DNA from: an archaeon
Lineage (GTDB): Archaea; Iainarchaeota; Iainarchaeia; Iainarchaeales; CSSED10-239
NCBI GenBank assembly: GCA_035357435.1
Contig: DAOPNM010000019.1
Coordinates: 1-10,371, forward strand
Direction: 5' to 3'
Length of the DNA: 10,371 nt
Made by a program: the position numbers and the translations under genes
In this document: piece by piece, positions 7,222-10,371 of the stretch
Layout of the letters: every line of letters begins with the position of its first letter
Position numbering within the stretch: the stretch's first letter is position 1
The notes under the pieces: model-generated
Told to the model about the DNA's origin: nothing
The model's database searches: none
The model's input: only the letters and a program-made list of their open reading frames with translations

Positions 7222-7397
7222 TTTGTTATTTTTATAATTTCTATTTCTGTTTTTTTGTTTATTTTGTATGAGATTGGTATAAATTGGTTATTTATTTTTA
7301 TAAGAACGGTTTCTGGATTTATATTTTTTTGAATTAATATTTCTCTAATTGTTTTGTTTTTTAAGTTTCCATTGATTACTATTTTTGTTGTTTTCAT
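7218..7397 (-). CDS. 59-aa ThiS/MoaD/TtuB-like beta-grasp protein lacking a C-terminal Gly-Gly (not in the supplied ORF track)
   Basis: My translation: MKTTKIVINGNLKNKTIREILIQKNINPETVLIKINNQFIPISYKINKKTEIEIIKITK*. It fits the ThiS pattern i.vNG....ti.elL...i.p..v.v.iN...ip......i....eIei. Its TGA overlaps the thiolase ATG (ATGA at 7218-7221). Confidence 0.5.
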   Translation of the reverse strand: MKTTKIVINGNLKNKTIREILIQKNINPETVLIKINNQFIPISYKINKKTEIEIIKITK

Positions 7398-7530
7398 ATA
7401 TATTTCATCTTACCATTTGTTTTTATTTTTATTTAATTTTTTTAATTGTGTTTTTTTTATTAATTACTATATAAAAAGATTTCTATTCTTAATTATTTTA
7501 TATTTTATAATAATATGGGGAAAATTAAAT

Positions 7531-7534
7531 GGTG
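7531..7534 (+). promoter_or_regulatory. Shine-Dalgarno GGTG for the eL15 gene
   Basis: aaatGGTGtaaatttATG, with 7 nt of spacing to the ATG at 7542. Supports 7542 over 7515 as the start. Confidence 0.4.
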
Positions 7535-7541
7535 TAAATTT

Positions 7542-8150
7542 ATGACAACAGCAAATAATTATATAAAAGAAACAATTGAAAATGAATATAATAAATCAAA
7601 AGATGAGAATTATAATTATAAGCAATTATATTCTAACAAACTTATAGATTATAGAGCACAAAAAGGTTCTGTAATAAGAATACCAAAACCAACAAATATC
7701 CCAAGAGCAAGAGAGTTAGGGTATAAAGCAAAACAAGGTTTTGTAATTGTTTTTGTTAAAGTTAGAAAAGGTTCTGGTCTTATTAAGAAACCAAATATGG
7801 GAAGAAGACCAAAAAGGGTTGGTGTAAATAAAATTACCAGAAGGATTTCTATACAGAGAATTGCAGAACAAAGAGCAGGTAAGCAATTTCCAAATTTAGA
7901 AGTTCTTAATTCTTATTATGTTGGGGAAGATGGTCAAAAGAAGTATTATGAAGTTATATTGGTTGACCCATATAACCCTTCAATTTTATCTGACAAAGAT
8001 ATAAATTGGATATTTTCGTCTGCGCATAAAAAAAGAGTAGAAAGAGGTTTAACAAGTGCAGGGAAAAAGAATAGAGGTTTAAATAATAAAGGTAGAGGTG
8101 CAGAAAAGATAAGGCCATCTCTTCGTGCAAATTCAAGAAAAGCAAGATAG
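7542..8150 (+). CDS. rpl15e: Ribosomal protein eL15 (L15e)
   Basis: RIPKPTNIPRARELGYKAKQGFVIV, GRRPKRVGV, IAEQRAGKQFPNLEVLNSYYVGEDGQKKYYEVILVDP, RGLTSAGKKNRGL and RPSLRAN are near-consensus for L15e. The ORF opens at 7515, but homology and the SD favour Met at 7542. Confidence 0.92.
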   Translation: MTTANNYIKETIENEYNKSKDENYNYKQLYSNKLIDYRAQKGSVIRIPKPTNIPRARELGYKAKQGFVIVFVKVRKGSGLIKKPNMGRRPKRVGVNKITRRISIQRIAEQRAGKQFPNLEVLNSYYVGEDGQKKYYEVILVDPYNPSILSDKDINWIFSSAHKKRVERGLTSAGKKNRGLNNKGRGAEKIRPSLRANSRKAR

Positions 8151-8179
8151 TTTATAAAAAAAATAATTTTGAGAAGTGT

Positions 8180-8434
8180 ATGATTTCAAATATTTTTTTA
8201 GCAACAGCACTTGAAGATACATTATGGTGGGTCTTAGTTATTGCTTTTGCCGCAATTGTATATGGTTGGGCAAAAGGCAAAATGGGGAATAAGACTGTTG
8301 CTGTTATTCTTGTAATTTTTCTTGTAATTTTTGTGTTTTTGAGATTTACAGAGCTTGTTTGGTTAATAGCAATTGGTGTTGTAATTTGGGTTCTTTTCGG
8401 AGATGTTATAAAGAAGGAAATTAAAAGTTGGTGA
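8180..8434 (+). CDS. Small integral membrane protein (about 3 TM segments), unknown function
   Basis: 84 aa with three hydrophobic stretches: LWWVLVIAFAAIVYGW, VAVILVIFLVIFVFL and LVWLIAIGVVIWVLF. Starts 29 nt downstream of the eL15 gene. Confidence 0.55.
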   Translation: MISNIFLATALEDTLWWVLVIAFAAIVYGWAKGKMGNKTVAVILVIFLVIFVFLRFTELVWLIAIGVVIWVLFGDVIKKEIKSW

Positions 8435-8745
8435 CATTTTTGGATGTTCTAAATTTTATAATTATTGCTGTTTTAATGATTATTTTTGGGCAATATAATT
8501 TAACTATTATTTCTGCAATTATTTTGGGTATTTATTTTATAGGCATGCCTAGTTGGTGGAATGGCATTTTACTTTTTTTGTTTATATTTTTAATTTTTGT
8601 GTTTGGTGGGCTTTCTGGTTTTGAGTTGCCAGCAATTATTATTTTGGCCATAATTTATATATTTTCAAATCTTTTTTCAAAAAAGAAAGATAAATCAAGT
8701 GGTATGGATGATTTTGCAAAACTTTTTGGTGGAATGGGTGGTTAG
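8428..8745 (+). CDS. Small integral membrane protein (about 4 TM segments) with a short hydrophilic Gly-rich tail, unknown function
   Basis: 105 aa if started at TTG 8428 (or GTG 8431), overlapping the previous ORF by 7 nt. The next in-frame ATG is at 8476. The tail reads KKKDKSSGMDDFAKLFGGMGG. Confidence 0.5.
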   Translation: MVTFLDVLNFIIIAVLMIIFGQYNLTIISAIILGIYFIGMPSWWNGILLFLFIFLIFVFGGLSGFELPAIIILAIIYIFSNLFSKKKDKSSGMDDFAKLFGGMGG

Positions 8746-8793
8746 TTTTTTTAGTTGTTAAAAATAGTTTGTTTTAATAATTTTTAATTTAAA

Positions 8794-9252
8794 TTATTTT
8801 ATTTTGTTTAAAATATTCCTGTTTTCTTCTAAGATGTCTTTCATGATTTTTGTTAATGTTTTTATTTCTGCTTTAATGGATGTAATTTGATCTTCTAATT
8901 CTGCAAGTTCTTTTAATAATGTGGAGTCATCTGTAGTTGACGTTTGTTGTTCTTGAGGGCCATTTATGTTTTCTTGTTCGTTTGTTAGTTTATCTATTTC
9001 TTTTGTTGTTTCTACTAGTTCTTTTTCTGGTTTTTCTTCTTCAGTAGTTTCAAATACTGTTGGCTCTTGTGTTTTTGTTTCTTGTATTGATGTTTCTTTT
9101 GGTTGTGTGTTTATAGTTAATTCATTGTAATTTTCTATAATTTCTTGTTCACTGACGCCAATATCTTTTAGTGTTGCAATTATTGTGTCTTTGTCTAGTT
9201 TTGCATCTAATAAATCTTTTATAGTTTCCTGTATTATTTTTTTGTCTACCAT
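8794..9252 (-). CDS. Acidic hypothetical protein: small N-terminal helical domain, Glu/Thr/Gln-rich linker, C-terminal coiled coil
   Basis: 152 aa. N-terminus: IQETIKDLLDAKLDKDTIIATLKDIGVSEQEIIENY. Low-complexity acidic middle. C-terminal heptad-like LLKELAELEDQITSIKAEIKTLTKIMKDILEENRNILNKIK. No family recognised. Confidence 0.55.
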   Translation of the reverse strand: MVDKKIIQETIKDLLDAKLDKDTIIATLKDIGVSEQEIIENYNELTINTQPKETSIQETKTQEPTVFETTEEEKPEKELVETTKEIDKLTNEQENINGPQEQQTSTTDDSTLLKELAELEDQITSIKAEIKTLTKIMKDILEENRNILNKIK

Positions 9253-9344
9253 TTTCCCATTTTTTTTAATTATTTTTTCTTAAACAAATAGAATATGTTA
9301 GTTATTAAAAATGTTTTGTTTCTTTTATCTTTTATTAGATAATT

Positions 9345-9348
9345 GGTG
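9345..9348 (+). promoter_or_regulatory. Shine-Dalgarno GGTG for the ORF starting at 9354
   Basis: aattGGTGtatttATG, with 5 nt of spacing. Confidence 0.4.
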
Positions 9349-9353
9349 TATTT

Positions 9354-10371
9354 ATGGAAATTGCAAAATGGAATTCTCTTTTTGAAGGAAAATATGTAAA
9401 CCAAGATTTAAGTATTTATTATAAAGACGATATTTTTGTAACAGTTATTAAATTGAATGATGCCAAAAATTGTTTGATTCAGTTAAATAAGATTTATTTA
9501 GCACAAGGCGATTGTGAATTATTTGTGACTACTTTGCCTTATCCTGCAATAGTTTATGAAAAGCATTTTGCATTAGGTGAAGATGAGACCTATAAATATA
9601 TACTTATAAATACAGATTTGGAATATTTAGAATCTAGTTTGATAAACACTTATATTGATAAAAAAATTAAATATTTAGAAAAGTTAGGTGATTCTGTTTC
9701 TTCGGTTGTAGGCTCATATGACTTAAAATTAATTCCATTTCATTTAATTCCTAAAGATAAAAAAGATTATTTTTTTTCAGATCCTAATGTTTTAAAATTA
9801 TTGGTTAATCTTCCTATAGATTTTGGAGTTTCTCCAATAGCCCCAATTAATGAATTGGTGTTAGGTTATAAGGAAAAGAAGAGTGTTACAGCTTCATTAG
9901 AAAGTTTAAGATCTGTGTTAGTTTATAATGGTTCGTTAGATGAAAGATTATATTGCTTAAAATTAGTTTGTGAAAATTTTTTATTATCTTTTAGAAATGT
10001 AATTGTTTTTGATAAATTTGACTATTTCCATACATTGTCTCATCCCCAAACTAATTTTACTGTTTTGAAGGAGTATGGTTTAGATATAAGTCCTTTAGGG
10101 TTTCCATTAAATATAGTTGATAAATATGCTATTAAATTTCCTTTATCTTTTATTCCAAAAGAAGCATTTGTAAGTTTGTTTAAGTTTTCTTTAAGTTCTT
10201 TAAAAATTTTTAATCAAGTATACACCTCAGATGTAACAACTTTTGCAGATTTAATTTGTAGAATTAAAAAGTTACCTACAACAGATGAGTTTACTGATTT
10301 TGAGAAGGAAAGGATTATTTCTAAGTTATACATTTTAGATGCAAAGTATAATTCTTTTTTTGGTAAAGGTA
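9354..10371 (+). CDS. Large hypothetical protein, 3' end outside window (at least 339 aa)
   Basis: Hand translation from ATG 9354 stays open to the window edge: MEIAKWNSLFEGKYVNQDLSIYYKDDIFVTVIKLND...DAKYNSFFGKG. Absent from the ORF track, presumably because it has no stop in the window. Preceded by an SD. No intact catalytic motif recognised. Confidence 0.65.
   Translation, partial: MEIAKWNSLFEGKYVNQDLSIYYKDDIFVTVIKLNDAKNCLIQLNKIYLAQGDCELFVTTLPYPAIVYEKHFALGEDETYKYILINTDLEYLESSLINTYIDKKIKYLEKLGDSVSSVVGSYDLKLIPFHLIPKDKKDYFFSDPNVLKLLVNLPIDFGVSPIAPINELVLGYKEKKSVTASLESLRSVLVYNGSLDERLYCLKLVCENFLLSFRNVIVFDKFDYFHTLSHPQTNFTVLKEYGLDISPLGFPLNIVDKYAIKFPLSFIPKEAFVSLFKFSLSSLKIFNQVYTSDVTTFADLICRIKKLPTTDEFTDFEKERIISKLYILDAKYNSFFGKG

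Noticed and set aside
7515-7541. Upstream ATG (7515) as the eL15 start, adding MGKIKWCKF.
   Set aside because: The L15e homology begins at the second Met (MTTANNYIKE...), and a GGTG motif sits 7 nt before 7542. That motif would be inside the coding region if 7515 were used.
7398-7541. Archaeal TATA/BRE promoter calls in the divergent spacers, e.g. TATATAAAAA near 7468-7478, TTTATATT near 7497-7504 and TTTTAAAATA near 4959-4968.
   Set aside because: At this AT content TATA-like octamers occur everywhere, including inside genes. Without transcription start data I cannot tell real boxes from background, so I did not annotate them as features.
7354-7545. 63-aa plus-strand ORF across the ThiS-like/eL15 divergent spacer.
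   Set aside because: The translation (MFFKFPLITIFVVFIY...) is T-run-derived low complexity. It overlaps the minus-strand ThiS-like ORF, which has a family-like pattern and ATGA coupling to the thiolase.
1-10371. CRISPR arrays, long direct or inverted repeats, IS elements, toxin-antitoxin pairs and defence genes.
   Set aside because: By eye I found no regularly spaced repeats, transposase/integrase-like ORFs or recognisable defence domains. The only repetitive DNA is the coding GAY/GAR tract at 1-165 and homopolymer A/T runs.

Overview
Compact, very AT-rich (about 25-30% GC by eye) archaeal chromosome segment made up almost entirely of genes. Archaeal origin is supported by a nop5-fibrillarin operon, ribosomal proteins eL15 and eL33, RNase HII, a TtuA/NcsA-type tRNA thiolase and a tRNA-Val(GAC). 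Tiny or negative intergenic spacers, ATGA stop/start overlaps, GGTG(A)/GAGGT ribosome-binding motifs and N-terminally trimmed core proteins suggest a reduced-genome archaeon such as a DPANN lineage; this is inference. Gene order: 3' end of a CDS with an extreme poly-Asp/Glu tail (+); iscU-iscS (-); CaCA cation/Ca2+ exchanger plus a 63-aa Cys-rich protein (+); flpA-nop5 (-); eL33 (-); rnhB plus a divergent Hsp20-like ORF (+); tRNA-Val, thiolase and a small ThiS-like ORF (-); eL15 plus two small membrane proteins (+); an acidic coiled-coil protein (-); a large unknown ORF running off the window (+). I found no CRISPR array, transposase, integrase or long repeat. Most notable: (1) a 59-aa ThiS/TtuB-like beta-grasp ORF, too short to appear in the supplied ORF track. 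It lacks the C-terminal Gly-Gly, is translationally coupled to the thiolase, and the thiolase CDS ends 15 nt inside the tRNA-Val gene. (2) A Nop5 with no fibrillarin-binding N-terminal domain, next to a shortened fibrillarin. (3) An uncharacterised right-hand cluster: two small membrane proteins, an acidic coiled-coil protein and a large ORF with a degenerate P-loop-like segment.
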